Part shown: positions 25,898-38,389 of the stretch, piece by piece
Numbering within the stretch: position 1 is the stretch's first letter
Layout: every line of letters starts with the position of its first letter
Source of the DNA: Mobula hypostoma
Lineage: Eukaryota
Direction: 5' to 3'
DNA length: 64,000 nucleotides
Assembly (NCBI RefSeq): GCF_963921235.1
Contig: NC_086108.1
Span: forward strand, 14,818,001-14,882,000
The notes under the pieces: generated by a model
The model's database searches: none
Seen by the model: only the letters and a program-made list of their open reading frames with translations
What the model was told of the DNA's origin: nothing
Position numbers and translations under genes: made by a program

Positions 25898-27039
25898 AAA
25901 AGATCTCCTGTGAGGATGACATTCGTAACAGTGAAATACAACAACTAACAGCCCACATTGGGCTTTTATGTGGCAAAAACAGGAGGGCCAGCATTGTAGG
26001 GCTGTGATTGGCTGAAACAGCTACAACTTGATTGGAGATCCATCCACCATTTGCATGTCACATCCCCCGCAACAGAATCAACTCAAAGCAAATTAAGAAA
26101 GGTTCTGAATGATGCCACAGCAGTGTTCAAGGATGGCAATGGGAAACTCAAACATATCAAGGGTAAAATAGTGTTAAATGAAAATGCCAAACCCAAGCTT
26201 TACAAAGCACGTCCAGATCCTTGTACCATCTGTGATAAAGTAGTCAGTGAGCTAGATCACATGGAGGCAGAAGGAATTCTTTCCACAGTTGAATGAAGCG
26301 CATGGGCAAGGCCAGTGATAGCAATAACCAAGAAGGAATGGTCCATCTGGATCTATAGTGATTTTAAGGTTACCTGTACTGAAAGTAGGTCAATACCCTC
26401 TGCCCAGGATAGAGGATATCTTAGCAAACCTTTCTGTACGGGAACACCTCAGCAAAGTGGACTTAGCCAAGGCCTACCTCAGAGATGGGGATGGAGTAAA
26501 ATTCCAAAGTGTTTCTGACCATAAACACACACAAAGGGCTTTATCACTACAATGGGCTTATTTCTGGAGTAGCGTCTGCTCCTGCACTGTGGCAGAAAGC
26601 TTTGGACTAGATTCTGCAAGGCTGCCCAAGGACTTAGTGTTATCTAGATGACATCATTTTACTGGTGAGGGTAACAAGGAACATCTCCAAAACCTCAGGA
26701 CAGTGTTAAAAAGTTTAGAAGATTATGGGTACAGAGCACAATGTGACAAGTGTGAATTCTTTAAGCCAATCATCACTTACTGTGGTCATACCATTGACGC
26801 AGAAGTTTTACACAAATGTGGTGAAACACTTCAGGCAGCAGTGAATGCCATGAAGCCAAAGGACGTGTCAAATACTATTAATAGATTCCTGCCAAACCTG
26901 GCTGCTGTGCTCCACCCCTTGAGCTCCCAATCTGTAGTGAGAAAGGGCAATGGACAAAGCGGTGTGAGGTGGCTTTCCAAAACGCAATGGAAATGATGAT
27001 GTCAGACCCTACAGATATCTACCACTCCATATTCTCCAG

Positions 27040-27552
27040 TTGACAGGTTTAAACAGCTTATCCAGATGCATTGGTATGGCAACAGCTCTGTCTAAGATCG
27101 CAAGAAAATAAAGAGTTGTGGACACAACTCAGCACATCACAAAAAACTATGGTCTCTGTCCACACTTCGTACAACCTCGGTAAAACAGACAACATAATCA
27201 AAGACCCTTCCTACTCCAACATAATCTCTTCTCCAATCTCTCCTTCATGCAGAATATATAAAAACCTAAAAGCATGTACTACAAGGCTCAAAGACAAGCT
27301 TCTATCTCACTGTTATAAAACTGTAGAACAGACTTCTTGTATGATGAAATTGACTCTTGACCTCACAATCCACCTTGCACCTAATTGTGCCCCCGGACTG
27401 AACCTTCTCTGTAACTGTAACACCACCTTCTGCCCTCAGTTGTTGCTTTTCCCTTGTACTACCTCAATGCACTGAAGTGGTGAAATGATCTGCATGGATG
27501 ACATAGGCTTTTCACTGTAGGTAAGTACATGTGACTTTAATAAACCAATTCC
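27040..27552 (+). mobile_element. Rex1-like 3' end
   Basis: KACTTRLKDK motif; AATAAACC tail. Confidence 0.65.
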
Positions 27553-27689
27553 TAGATATCATTTACTGAGACTCTGATTGTTACCTTGTCCTGGACATCC
27601 CTATCCCACAGTATACAACACAAACTATTAACTATGTATGGCAAACTATTAAACTGTGGCAAACTAGATTAGTCATAGAGTCATCTAAT

Positions 27690-28310
27690 CCATGCAAACC
27701 ACTTAAGCTGCTTAGTCCTATTGATCTGCATCTGGACCATAGCCGTCCATATCACTGTCATCCATGTACCTATCTAAACTTCTCTTAATCATTGAAATAG
27801 AGCTCACATGTAACATGTGCACTGGCAGCTCATTCCACACTCTCACCACCCTCTGAGTGAAGGTAGTCACCCTCATGTTCCCCTTAATTTTTTCACCATT
27901 CACCCTTAACCCATGACCTTTGGTTGTAGTCCCTCCCAACTGCAGTGGAAAAAACCTGTTTGCATTTACCCTATCTATATCCCTCATAGTTTTGTATAGC
28001 TTTATCAAATCTCCCCTCAGTCTTCTACGTTCTCAAGAATACAGTCATAACTTATTCTTTCCTTATAACTTAGGTCCTTCAGACCTGGCAACATTGATGT
28101 AAATTTTCTCTGTACTTTTTCAACCTTATTTACAGTTTTCCTGTAGGTGGGTGACCAAGGCTGCACACAATACTCCAAATTAGGCCTCACCAATGTCTTA
28201 TACAACATCAACATAACACTCCATCTCCTGTACTCAAAACTTTGATTTATGAAGACCAATGTACCAGAAGTTTTTCTTAGGACCCTATCTACCTGTGATG
28301 CCACTTTCAG
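27690..28310 (-). mobile_element. CR1 3' part
   Basis: ORFs 28017-28304 and 27718-28008 (LVRPNLEYCVQ, FTQRVVRVWNELP). Confidence 0.9.
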
Positions 28311-28743
28311 TGAGAGTTGGTATGACTCTTGCCCCCATAGTAACTAGTAACAAGTATACTTGATGGTCTCAAAGTCATATTGAGACCAAATAGGTAAAGA
28401 TACGGATGTGACATGTATGTAAAATGTGTCATAATGTCCAGTGCAAGAGAAGAGAGGAAAATTCCATGAGTGACAAATGCACCACCGTCAAAGACAAAAC
28501 CTCAAATATTACCACACTAGGCCGGCTTGACCTACTGAAGAGATGAAACATATTCAGGAAGGTCACCCGGTCAAAGCAACAGGAGCAACACATTACCCCT
28601 ACCAATGCTAAATTCATTTTAATTTCTCACATAGCCAGTTAGAGATAACAGATAGTGCAAATGTAGGTCCACATAGCAACATGCTTTCAAGGTTGCGTAG
28701 TGACTTGGATTGTGGATCATCTGTTGTAGGGCCTTTTACTGCC

Positions 28744-29060
28744 TTTATTTATTGATTGATTGATTGAAATACAGCAAAAAATAGTAAAAATTAGTAAATA
28801 TTAAAAATTTAAATTATAAATCATAAATAGAAAATAGAAAACTGCCGAGCAATCCCCAGTTTAACGCAAGCATAATCACGGAACGGTTTGCAATGACCAG
28901 TTAATCTACCAACCAGTACATCTTTGGACAGTGGTAGGAAACTGGAGCACCCGGCGGAAACCCACATGGTCACGGGGAGAACATGCAAGCTCCTTACAGG
29001 AAGCGGAGTGAAATGAACCCAGGTCGCTGACTCGCTGCTACTGTAAAGCATTGTGCTGCC
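28744..29060 (-). mobile_element. V-SINE-like SINE
   Basis: Reverse V-domain (GGAAACCCACATGGTCACGGGGAGAACATGCAAGCTCC) and (TCAA)n tail. Confidence 0.8.
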
Positions 29061-29300
29061 CTTTAACTGGAACCCACTTCGGCTTTGATCACTCTGAGCA
29101 GAGGATGTACGTTAGGGATTGCTGTGCATGTGAGATCCGTCAGGTGTTATGGAAGTAGAAGATACCAGTGCAATCAGAATCACACTTATCACTGACATAT
29201 ACACGAGGAATTCTGCAGATGCTTGAACCATTAACTATTTCAAAATGTTAGCTGGAAGCAGTAATCAGTTTGACATTAAAAGGATAGCTGTATAAACAAA

Positions 29301-29454
29301 ACAACAGGAATTCTGCAGATGCTGGAAATTCAAGCAACACACATCAAAGTTGCTGGTCGAGTCCTGACGAAGGGTCTCGGCCTGAAACGTCGACTGTACC
29401 TCTTCCTAGAGATGCTGCCTGGCCTGCTGCGTTCACCAGCAACTTTGATGTGTG
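29301..29454 (+). mobile_element. Minimal Penelope-derived insertion with inverted repeats and hammerhead motif
   Basis: 16-bp TSD TAGCTGTATAAACAAA (29285-29300, 29455-29470); 21-bp perfect inverted repeat 29337-29357/29435-29455. Confidence 0.88.
29360..29395 (+). ncRNA. Minimal type I hammerhead ribozyme motif
   Basis: AGUC-CUGACGA-A-GGGU(CUCG)GCCU-GAAA-C-GUC-GACU; predicted cleavage after C29391. Confidence 0.8.
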
Positions 29455-29604
29455 TAGCTGTATAAACAAACTGTTCTGCCATTTTTCAGCCTATTTTTCC
29501 AGCTGATGCAAATCCCTCTGCTAGCCTTCCTTACCGTCTACTACAAATTTGCTGATCCAGTTAACCATATTAACATCCAGATCATTGATATAGATTCATT
29601 TTTT

Positions 29605-30192
29605 TTTAAATTTTGAAATCTACAGCACATTACAGGCCCTCGGCCCACAACGTTGTGCCGACCATGTAGCCTACTCTAGAAACTGCCTAGAATTTCCCTA
29701 GTGCATAACCCTCTATTTTTCTAAGCTCCATGTACCTATCTAAGAGTCTCTTAAAAGACCGTATTGTATCTGCCTGCACCACTGCCACCGGTAGTGCCTT
29801 CCACTCATCCACCACTCTGTATGTGAAAAACTTACTTATGACATCCCCTTTCTATCTGCTTCCAAGCACCTTAAAACTATGCCCCTCATGTTAGCCATTT
29901 CAGCCCTGGGAAAAAGCCTGTGGCTACTCACACGATCTATGCCCCTCATCATCTTATACACCTCTTTCAGGTCACCTCTCATCCTCCATCACTCCAATGA
30001 GAAAAGGACAAGTTCACTCAAACTATTCTCATAAGGCTTGCTCTCCAATCCAGGCAACATCCATGTAACTCTCCTCTGCACATCCTTCCTGTAGTGAGGT
30101 GACCAGAACTGAGCACAGTGGGGTCTGACCAAGGTCTTATATAACTGTAATATTACCTCACGGCTCTTGAACTCAGTCCCACGGTTGATGAA
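29605..30192 (-). mobile_element. Nested CR1 3' end
   Basis: [21 protein letters not shown] plus 3' UTR interrupting the host CR1. Confidence 0.85.
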
Positions 30193-30567
30193 TGTATCAA
30201 CAAACAACAAAGAACCCAGAACTAATCCCTGTGGCACACCACTAGTCATAGGCCTCCAATCAGAGAGGTAACCATCCATTAACACACTCTGGCTTCTACC
30301 ATAAAGCCAATGTCTAATCCAATTCACTATCTCATCCTGAATGCTGAGTACAGAATCTTCCTGTCCAGCCTCCCATGTGGGACCTTGTCAAATGCCTTAC
30401 TAAAATCCATGTAGACGACGTCCACTGCTTTGCCTTCATCCACTTTCCTAGTAACTTCCTTTAAAAGCTCTAGAAGATTAGCTAGACATGACCTACCATG
30501 CATGAAGCCATGCTGACTATCCTTAATCATCCATGTCTATCCAAATACTTACATATCTGGTCTCTTA

Positions 30568-30863
30568 AACCATAGAAACTACAGCACAGAAACAGGCCTT
30601 TTGGCGCTTCTTGGCTGTGCTGAACCATTTTCTGCCTAGTCCCACTGACCTGCACACGGACCATATCCCTCCATACACCTCCCATTCATGTATCTGTCCA
30701 ATTTATTCTTAAATGTTAAAAAGAACCCACATTTACCACCTCGTCTGGCAGCTCATTCCATACTCCCACCACTCTCTGTGTGAAGAAGCCCCCCCTAATG
30801 TTCCCTTTAAACTTTTCCCCCCTCACCCTAAACCCATGTCCTCTGGTTTTTTTCTCCCCTTGC
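30568..30863 (-). mobile_element. Nested young CR1 3' end
   Basis: Nearly identical to 44328-44623. Confidence 0.88.
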
Positions 30864-32715
30864 AATACCTTCCAATTTCTTTCCCACAACTGATGTCAGT
30901 CTAACCAGCCTATAATTTCCTGGTTTTTGTTTAGAGCCTTTTTTAAGCAATGGAACAATATTGGCTATCCTCCAATCCTCTAGTACCTCTCCTGTCACTA
31001 ATGATGTTTTAAATAACTCTACTAGGGCCTCGGCCATCTCTACGCACCTCCCATAGGGTCCAAGGGAACACTTTATCAGGCTCTTAGGATTTATCCACCC
31101 TGATTTGCCTGAGGGTAGCAAACCCCTCCTCCTCTGCAATCTGTACAGAGTCTATGAAGTTGATGCCAATTTGCCTCACTTCTCTAGACTCTGTATTCGT
31201 CTCCTGAGTAAATACGATGCAAAAAAAAAATGTTATTTATGATCTCCCCCATCTGTTTTGGCTCCACACATGGATTACCATTCTGGTCTTCCAGAGGACC
31301 ATTTTTGTCCCTTGCAATCTTTTTGCTCTTAACATTCCCCTTCACCTTGTCTGCTAGAGCAAATTCATGCCTTCTTTTAGTCTTCCTGATTTATTTCTTT
31401 CATTTCTTGTATTCCATAAGCACCTCATTTATTCTTACATGCCTATTCTTGCTATTCACCTCCTTTTTTCTCCTAATGAGGCCCACAATATCTCTTGAAA
31501 ACCGAGGTTCCCTAACAGCACATACAAGTTTTGTACACCCAAAATTTCGTTTTTGAAAGCCTCCCATTTTCCAAGTACTCCTTTGCCAGAAAACAACCTG
31601 TCCCAATCCACACTAGCCAGATCCTTTCTGATACCATCTAATTGGCCTTTCTCAGATTTAGAACCTCAACCTGCAGACCAGTCATATCTCTTTGCATATT
31701 TATTTTGAAACTAATGGCATTGTGGTCACTGAATGCAAAGTGTTCCCCTACACAAACTTCTGTCACCTTCCCTGTCTCTTTCCCTAATAGCAGATCCAGT
31801 ATTGCACACTCTTTCATTGGGACTTCTATGTACTGATGAAGGAAACTTTCCTGAAAACATTTGACAAACTCTATCCCATCTAGTCCTTTTACAGTATGGG
31901 ATTCCCAGTCAATATGTGGAAATTAAAAACACCTACTATAATAACATTATGGTTCTTGCAACAATCTGCATCCTCTTTACAAATTTGTTCCTCTAACGCC
32001 CTAGGACTGTTGGGTGGTCTGTAATAGAGCCCCATTAATGTGATAATATCTTTCTTATTCAACCCATAATGCCTCACTGGTTGACTTCTCCAGTCGACCC
32101 TGACTGAGCACTGCCGTGACATTTTCCCTGACTAGTAACGCCATCCCTCCTCCTTTAATCCCTCCCACTCTGCCTCGTCTAAAACAGCAGAACCCCGGAA
32201 TATTGAGCTGCCAGTCCTGTCCCACCTGCAACCAAGTCTCACTAATGGCTACAACGTCACAAATCCAGGAGTTGATCTATACCCTGACCTCATCTGCCTT
32301 TCCTACGATACTCCTTGCATTGAAATATATGCAGCTCAGGACACTAGTCGCACCATGCTCAATCTTTTGATTCCTGACTTTGTCTGAGGTCTTACCAACA
32401 ACTGTCTGCACAACCTCTGCACTAACTGTTCCGGCATTCTGTTTCCCATCCCCCTGCAACTCTCGTTTAAACCCCACTGTGCAGTATTGACAAACCCTCC
32501 TGCTAGGATATTAGTCCCCCTCTAGTTAAGGTGCAAACTGTCCCTTCTGTACAGGTCCCACATTCCCTGGAAGGGAGCCCAATGATCTAAAAATGTTATG
32601 CCCTCCCTCCTACACCAGCCCCTTAGCTGCGTACTAAATAGTATAATCTTCCTAGTTCTGGCCTCTCTAGCACGGCTAACAAACCTGAGATCACAACCCT
32701 GGAGGTCCTGCCAGG

Positions 32716-33270
32716 TGTAGTGGTGTAATGAAAAACTTATTTGCAGCAGCATCACAGGCACAGAGCAGTAGAGACCAACATTCAAAGTAAATAAACATAA
32801 ATTAATCATAAACTAAACGCAATTTCTCCAGGAAAGAACGCAAGTATAAGATAAGAAGGTCCACTTTAGTACAAAGTGATCAAAGAGTCATTGTATTGCT
32901 AATGTCAGAGATGTACTAGATGGTTCAGGATCTGAATGTTAGAAGGGAAGGAACTGTTCTTGGACCTGCTGATATGGGACTTCAGATTTCTGTACATTTG
33001 CTCAATGGTAGCTATGAGAAGATGACATGGTGGAAAACATCGATGATGGATATTGCCTTTGAGGTAATGCCTGTTTTAGGTAGGATTAATTGTGGCTCTG
33101 AATCTGCTACTCTCTGCAGTTTCTTACATTACTGTGCATTCGAACTGGTGTATCAGATTGTGATGCAATCAGTCGGGACGCTTTCAGTAGTACATCTGTA
33201 GAAACTGTCAGTGTTCGATAACAAGCTGAAACTTGTTAACCTCTTAAGAAGTAAAAATGCTGGGGTGCCT
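32716..33270 (-). mobile_element. Old Rex1-like 3' fragment
   Basis: Resembles the reverse-strand Rex1-like 3' region at 42005-42600. Confidence 0.55.
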
Positions 33271-34954
33271 TCCTTGTGATTTCATCTGCATGTCACCCCA
33301 CGATCAACCAGAACTTCAGCATTTGGCTGCAAAATTCCTCATGGGCCACCTTCTCCTGCTCCTTCTGCCATCTTCCTTTACCAGATGCAGTAATAAATTA
33401 TGAATTGTCATCCTTGATTTATACCCCCCACACTATCTCTGATCTCCTCATCTTGCAATCCACCAAGAGTTAGCACCACTGACATGCATTTCTTTCTCCA
33501 CCAGCAGGGCTGTATCTCATCCAGATCCAGCAACCTAGCCCTCCTGCTCAAGTCTTTCAGTTACCCCCTTCAATTAAGACAGCCCTTTGTTCTCTGATTG
33601 AGAAAGCTGCTGTTTGTTGGTCTCTCTAGTGGTCCGGTGTCACATTCCATTGTGTCCCTGTGGGTGTTTGCGCTGCTGGTGTGGAGTATTACACATTTCC
33701 TCATCAAAATTCAGCCTCAGGAAGGGAATCCATGTCCCTGCTGATGAAAGTGCATCTCAGGATACAAGTAGCATGTTCTGTTCTCACGGGAAAATCAGAC
33801 TTTTGGAAGACTAATTTGTTTTCTGAGTACCAACAGGAGAAAGTTAAACTTTCTACAACTCTCCTGATACAAGCAGACAAAGAAGAAGGCCAAATTTTCG
33901 GTCAGAATCGACCCTTCAGCCAAATTCCTCTGTTGTCCCACACAGTAGCACTACAGAGCCACCTTGACCACAGCCAATCTGCTGGTCATGGGTCAATCAG
34001 TAGAGGGAAAGGAACTGTTGATGCTTTGGATTGAAATCCTGTAGCAGAACTGATCACTTGTGTCTCTGAAACACCTTGCTGGAACTGCAAGATCCTGCAA
34101 TTCACCTCGGCCCCAGCATACTCTCTAACAGAGATGTTGTGCTCGGAGAAGATCATGGGTTCTGGGCTATATAATCCAAGCAGGAACAGGGGGAGCGCTG
34201 CACAGTCAAAGCTGCACCATTCACCACGTGATGAGACTAAAGGCTGGCTCCTCCGAACTGGGTATAGAAGGGAATCTGACTTTGAGACATTCAGTCATAA
34301 TCCTCTGGACGGTAGCTTCACACCATTGGCTACTCAACCGAGCAATATACCCAAAGCCCAGATCAGTAGTTCTTCTCATTCCAGACACCACACCCCCTCC
34401 CCACTTGCCCTGGGACCATCCATCTTATCTATGGCCCTTACAATTTTATGACTCTATAATGTAACTCCTGAGGTGGCTTTGCTCCAGGGAAAACAGCCCG
34501 CATCGGGCCCCAGAGGCAATTTCTCTGCAGAATCTGCTCAATCATTGGATTAGGTTTTTTGACCAGTGCCATATTACTGTCTGTAGGATTGCACTGTCCA
34601 CAGATTGTGTGGCGTGCTTCTTGTGGCATGTTAGTGCCATCATTTGATTGGTTGTAAAGTGAGCAAGGCCCATAGATATGAGTGGAAGGTGGTTTCTTTA
34701 TGGCACCTTTGCAGGTTAAAACAAAACCAAAAGTAGGAGAGGCTAGCTGACTGATGGAGCACCAGTATCTTGATGGTACCATGGTCAAATGAAGAAAGAG
34801 TTCAAATCCCACCATGGAATACCCACATGGAAAAAGGATCTAGTGTTTTCCCGATGTATATGACAAATAAACTCTTCTCGGGTCCCCAGCCGGGTACAGC
34901 TATTGATTATAAGTGGCGTTTTGATGACAAACTCTGCCATCTTCCATCCTGAAA

Positions 34955-35468
34955 TATTCGTTCAGCTGGTATTCGACACACCACAGGCTCTCTCTCTCTC
35001 CCTAATAAAGGAAAAGAGATGTTTCCATTTCACAGTGAGAGGCAAGACATAAAAAACAGCTCGCTGATTTACGATGTTAGAAGTACATTGCGTTGCTTTC
35101 TCCGATCTCTGTGCCCAAAGAACTCAGGTCTCTGGGCACACAGCCAGCAGCCAGCTTGCTACTTTCGATTTTGCGTCTCCCACGCCACACTGATTCCCTG
35201 CAGAGGCACTGACCTTCGGTCCACCCATTTCCAGAGCCACAAAATCCCGGAAACCCAAAGGCCGCATCCTTGGCATATCGACTAGCGGCCAGTCGTGAAA
35301 CCCTGAGAGCAGGTCCCATGCCCACAAAGAATCGTTGTCAGCGTGTAACTCCAGGTCAGGGTCTTCAAAAGGGAAAAATAGAGACATTGAAGATGGAAAT
35401 AGATCTGTTTCTGAAGATGCAAGCGAAGGAGTCGCCGTTAGGCACCATTGTCTCTCCTAAGCTTCTTC
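34955..35468 (-). mobile_element. Putative non-autonomous LINE-derived element, 5' part
   Basis: Minus-strand start GAAGAAGCTTAGGAGAGACAATGGTGCCTAACGGCGACTCC; relatively CpG-rich, non-coding. Confidence 0.4.
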
Positions 35469-36249
35469 AATGACTAATTAACCTACCACCAGTATATCTT
35501 TGGATTGTGAGAGGAAACTAGATCACACAGAGAACTTACAAACTCCTTATAAATGGCTCTGGAATTGAACTCTGAGCTCTGGAACAGCCTGAACTGTCAT
35601 AATGTGACGCCCTACATTTTTCCTCTGGCCGGACTCACCGGGCAAATGGGAAAGTGTCAATAAATAGTGTGCTGCCAGGGGCATTGTGACCATCACAGAC
35701 ATTGCAGGATGAATAATGCTTTGGCCCCTCATCACCTTCCCTTCTGTGGCAGTATGACTGAAGCTGGAACAAAGGGCGCCCTGGCGTAGGTGGAAGGCAG
35801 TGCAGAGAACGTAGCAGGGAGCAGTTCATCCCCACACTGAGTAAACAGGCAGGGTTGCATCAACTTTGATCTATGTGTGCAGGGTTAACTGTCACCAACC
35901 AAGCGACCAGAAAAGATGAGGAAATCAAAAAAGGCTTGTTTACCGCCCATGTGTGTGTGTCTGAGGCAATGCTGGGTTTATCTCAGCCTACGGATCCTTG
36001 TGTAAAGGAAACTCCCGGCTGACCAGCACAGTGCAATATTAGCATTCGTCAGAGGATCAGACATGGTGCTCACAGACTGCTGGTGAAATGGGCCCAAGCA
36101 GTGTGCAGATACTCACACAGCTAGGAAACAGGAGGCGGTGTATTCAATTGTCGAATCAAACTCGTAGGAAGAGGTTGGTCAGCTGACCATGCTGACCCCC
36201 CCCCCCCACCTCAGGTCTCTCAGCAGCAGATTGTTTCATTTCTCATGGC

Positions 36250-37150
36250 TGTGTGGCACAGCCGATAGCGCCGCTGCCTCAGAACGACAAAAACTGGGTT
36301 CAATCCAGTGCTGTGTGAGTTTTCTGCCAGAAAAAGCGGTATCTCATTTTAATTCCACTTCCCATTCCCATTCCAATATGTCTATCCACGGCCTCCTCCA
36401 CTGTTGTGATGAGGCCACACTTAGGTTAGAGGAACAGCAGCCCATATTCTGTCTGGGTAGCCTCCAACCTGATGCCATGAACATCTATTTCTTGAACTTC
36501 CCCTTCCCCTTTCACTTTTCCCCATCTGCTTTTTCCTTTCACCTTATCTCCTTGCCTGCCCATCGCCTCCCTCTGGTGCTCCTCCCCCATCTTCTTTCTT
36601 CCATGGACTCCTGTCTTCTATCAGATTCTCCCTTCTCCAGCCCTGTGTCTCCTTCACCAATCAACTTCCCAGCTCTTTACTTCCTCCCTCCCCCTCCAGG
36701 TTTCACCTATCACCTTGTGTTTCTCTCTCCCCTCCCCACACCTTTTAAATCTACACCTCAGCTTTATTTCTCCAGTCCTGCCGAAAGGTCTCGGCCCGAA
36801 ACATCGACTGTGCTTTTTTCCATAGGTGCTGCCTGGCCTGCTGAGTTCCTCCAGCATTTTGTTTGTGTTGCTCGGATTTCCAGCATCTGCAGACTTTCTC
36901 TTGTCTGTGTGGAGTTGGTTTGTTCTTGTTGTGACTGAATGGGTTTCCTCCTGGTGCCCCAGTTCCCTCCCACTTCCAAAGGATGTGCAGTTTATTGCCC
37001 TGAGTATGTAGGGGACAGGTAGAAAGTGGGGGAACTGATGGAAATGTGGGGAGATTAAAAAAATAGGATTAGTGTAGGGTCAGTGTGAACGGGTCATTGC
37101 TGGTCAGTGCAAACTTGATGAGCTAAAAGGACTGATCTGTACTATATCTA
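36250..37150 (+). mobile_element. V-SINE-like SINE split by a Penelope insertion
   Basis: Head 36250-36320; V-domain and tail resume at ~36905. Confidence 0.7.
36322..36904 (+). mobile_element. Penelope-like 3' end (GIY-YIG C-terminus plus terminal repeat, degenerate hammerhead at ~36773-36810)
   Basis: HFNSTSHSHSNMSIHGLLHCCDEATLRLEEQ..LGSLQPDAMN; imperfect TSD CTGTGT(G)GAGT. Confidence 0.88.
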
Positions 37151-37397
37151 TGACCCTACCCAGATACCCCTTGAGTTGAAGGTCAGCTCGTACACCCATC
37201 CAGATCACAATTCACTGTCCTCTTTAAATCAGTCTCCCAGCAGAGATTCCATTGGTGGGCTCTGTCTGTGGTTTGAGCTGCCCTACTGTAAGTACTGTTC
37301 CCCGCCATCGACGCCACCTGATTTACTGAGGACCCTCAGCATCCTATGTGTGTTGCTCAAGATTTCCAGCATCTACAGAATCTCTTGTGTTTATGAT

Positions 37398-37950
37398 TGG
37401 CCGTTCCATATATTGACCACTCTCTGGGTGAAAAAGTTGTCCCTCAGGTTCCTGTTAAATCTCTCCACTCTCTTTAAGCCTATACCCTCTAGTTCTTGAT
37501 TCACCAACCCTGGGAAAAAAAGGCTATACACATTGACCCTCATGATTTTGTACACCTTTACAAGGTCACCCCTCATTCTCCTATGCTCCAGTGAATAAAG
37601 TCTTGACCTGCTTATCCTCTGTCCGTAACTCAATCCCTTGAGTCCCAGTAACATCCCGGTAAATCTCCTCAGCACACCTTCCAGTATCTTTCCTATAGCA
37701 TAGTGACTAAAACTGGCATGATATTCCAAATGCAGCCTTACCAAGCTCTTGTACAAGTGATGTCAGTCTCTCTCGACCTGGCAACATCCTCATAAATGCT
37801 CTCCACACTTGTTCACTTTAATAACATCCTTCCTATAAAAGGGCAACCAAAACTGAACACAATTTCCAAGTGCAGACATAACAGTGTCCTGTCTAACTGC
37901 AATGTGAATGCCAGTCCGTTACACTCACTGCCCTGAATGATGAAAGCTTG
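37398..37950 (-). mobile_element. CR1 3' fragments
   Basis: YKSLVRLHLEY..RRMRGDLVKVYKIM..FFTQRVVNIWN. Confidence 0.85.
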
Positions 37951-38129
37951 ATATCATTTAGATCATCACCATGGGCACCAAGGGCAGCACAATAGAATAG
38001 AATAGAAAATAACTTGTCATGAGTACTGGAGTACTAATGAAGCTGCTATTCCAGTCCGTGCAAAACAGATATTTACAATGCATGCCATGCAGCTTACTTT
38101 TTAAAAAATTCCTCCATTTGCATGCAACT

Positions 38130-38385
38130 GATTAGCACAACGCTTATCAGTGCAGGCAACCTGGGTTCATTTCTCACTGCTGTCTATATGTTCTCCCCAT
38201 GACCGTGTGGGTTTCCTCCAGGTGCTCCTGTTTCTTCCCACAGTCCGAAGGCATACCGGTTGGTAGGTTAATTGGTCATTTTAAATTGTCCAGTGATTAG
38301 GCCAGTATTAAATCAGGGAATTGCTGGGCAGCAAGGCTCAAAGAGCCGGAAAGGCCTAATCTGTGCTGTATCTCAATAAATAAAC
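38130..38385 (+). mobile_element. V-SINE-like SINE
   Basis: GTTCTCCCCATGACCGTGTGGGTTTCCTCCAGGTGCTCC..CCACAGTCCGAAGG; (AATA)n tail. Confidence 0.8.
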
Positions 38386-38389
38386 AATA

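Larger units (their letters stand above)
24150..27010 (+). mobile_element. Ty3/Gypsy gag-pol relic, truncated after RT; no LTRs identified
   Basis: SKHCQF..LNDALTDHLVC..LTFKRAVEI, CCHC remnant, QYPLPRIEDILANL, CYLDDII near 26640, KCEFFKPIITYCGH. Confidence 0.85.
29480..32715 (-). mobile_element. Long CR1 relic (ORF1 end, APE, RT) with two nested CR1 3' ends
   Basis: [73 protein letters not shown]. Confidence 0.9.

Noticed and set aside
33630..34450. ORFs in unique sequence as exons
   Set aside because: No recognisable protein motif or convincing splice pair.
36189..36938. 249-aa ORF
   Set aside because: Chimera of SINE head, GIY-YIG tail and pyrimidine-rich terminal repeat.
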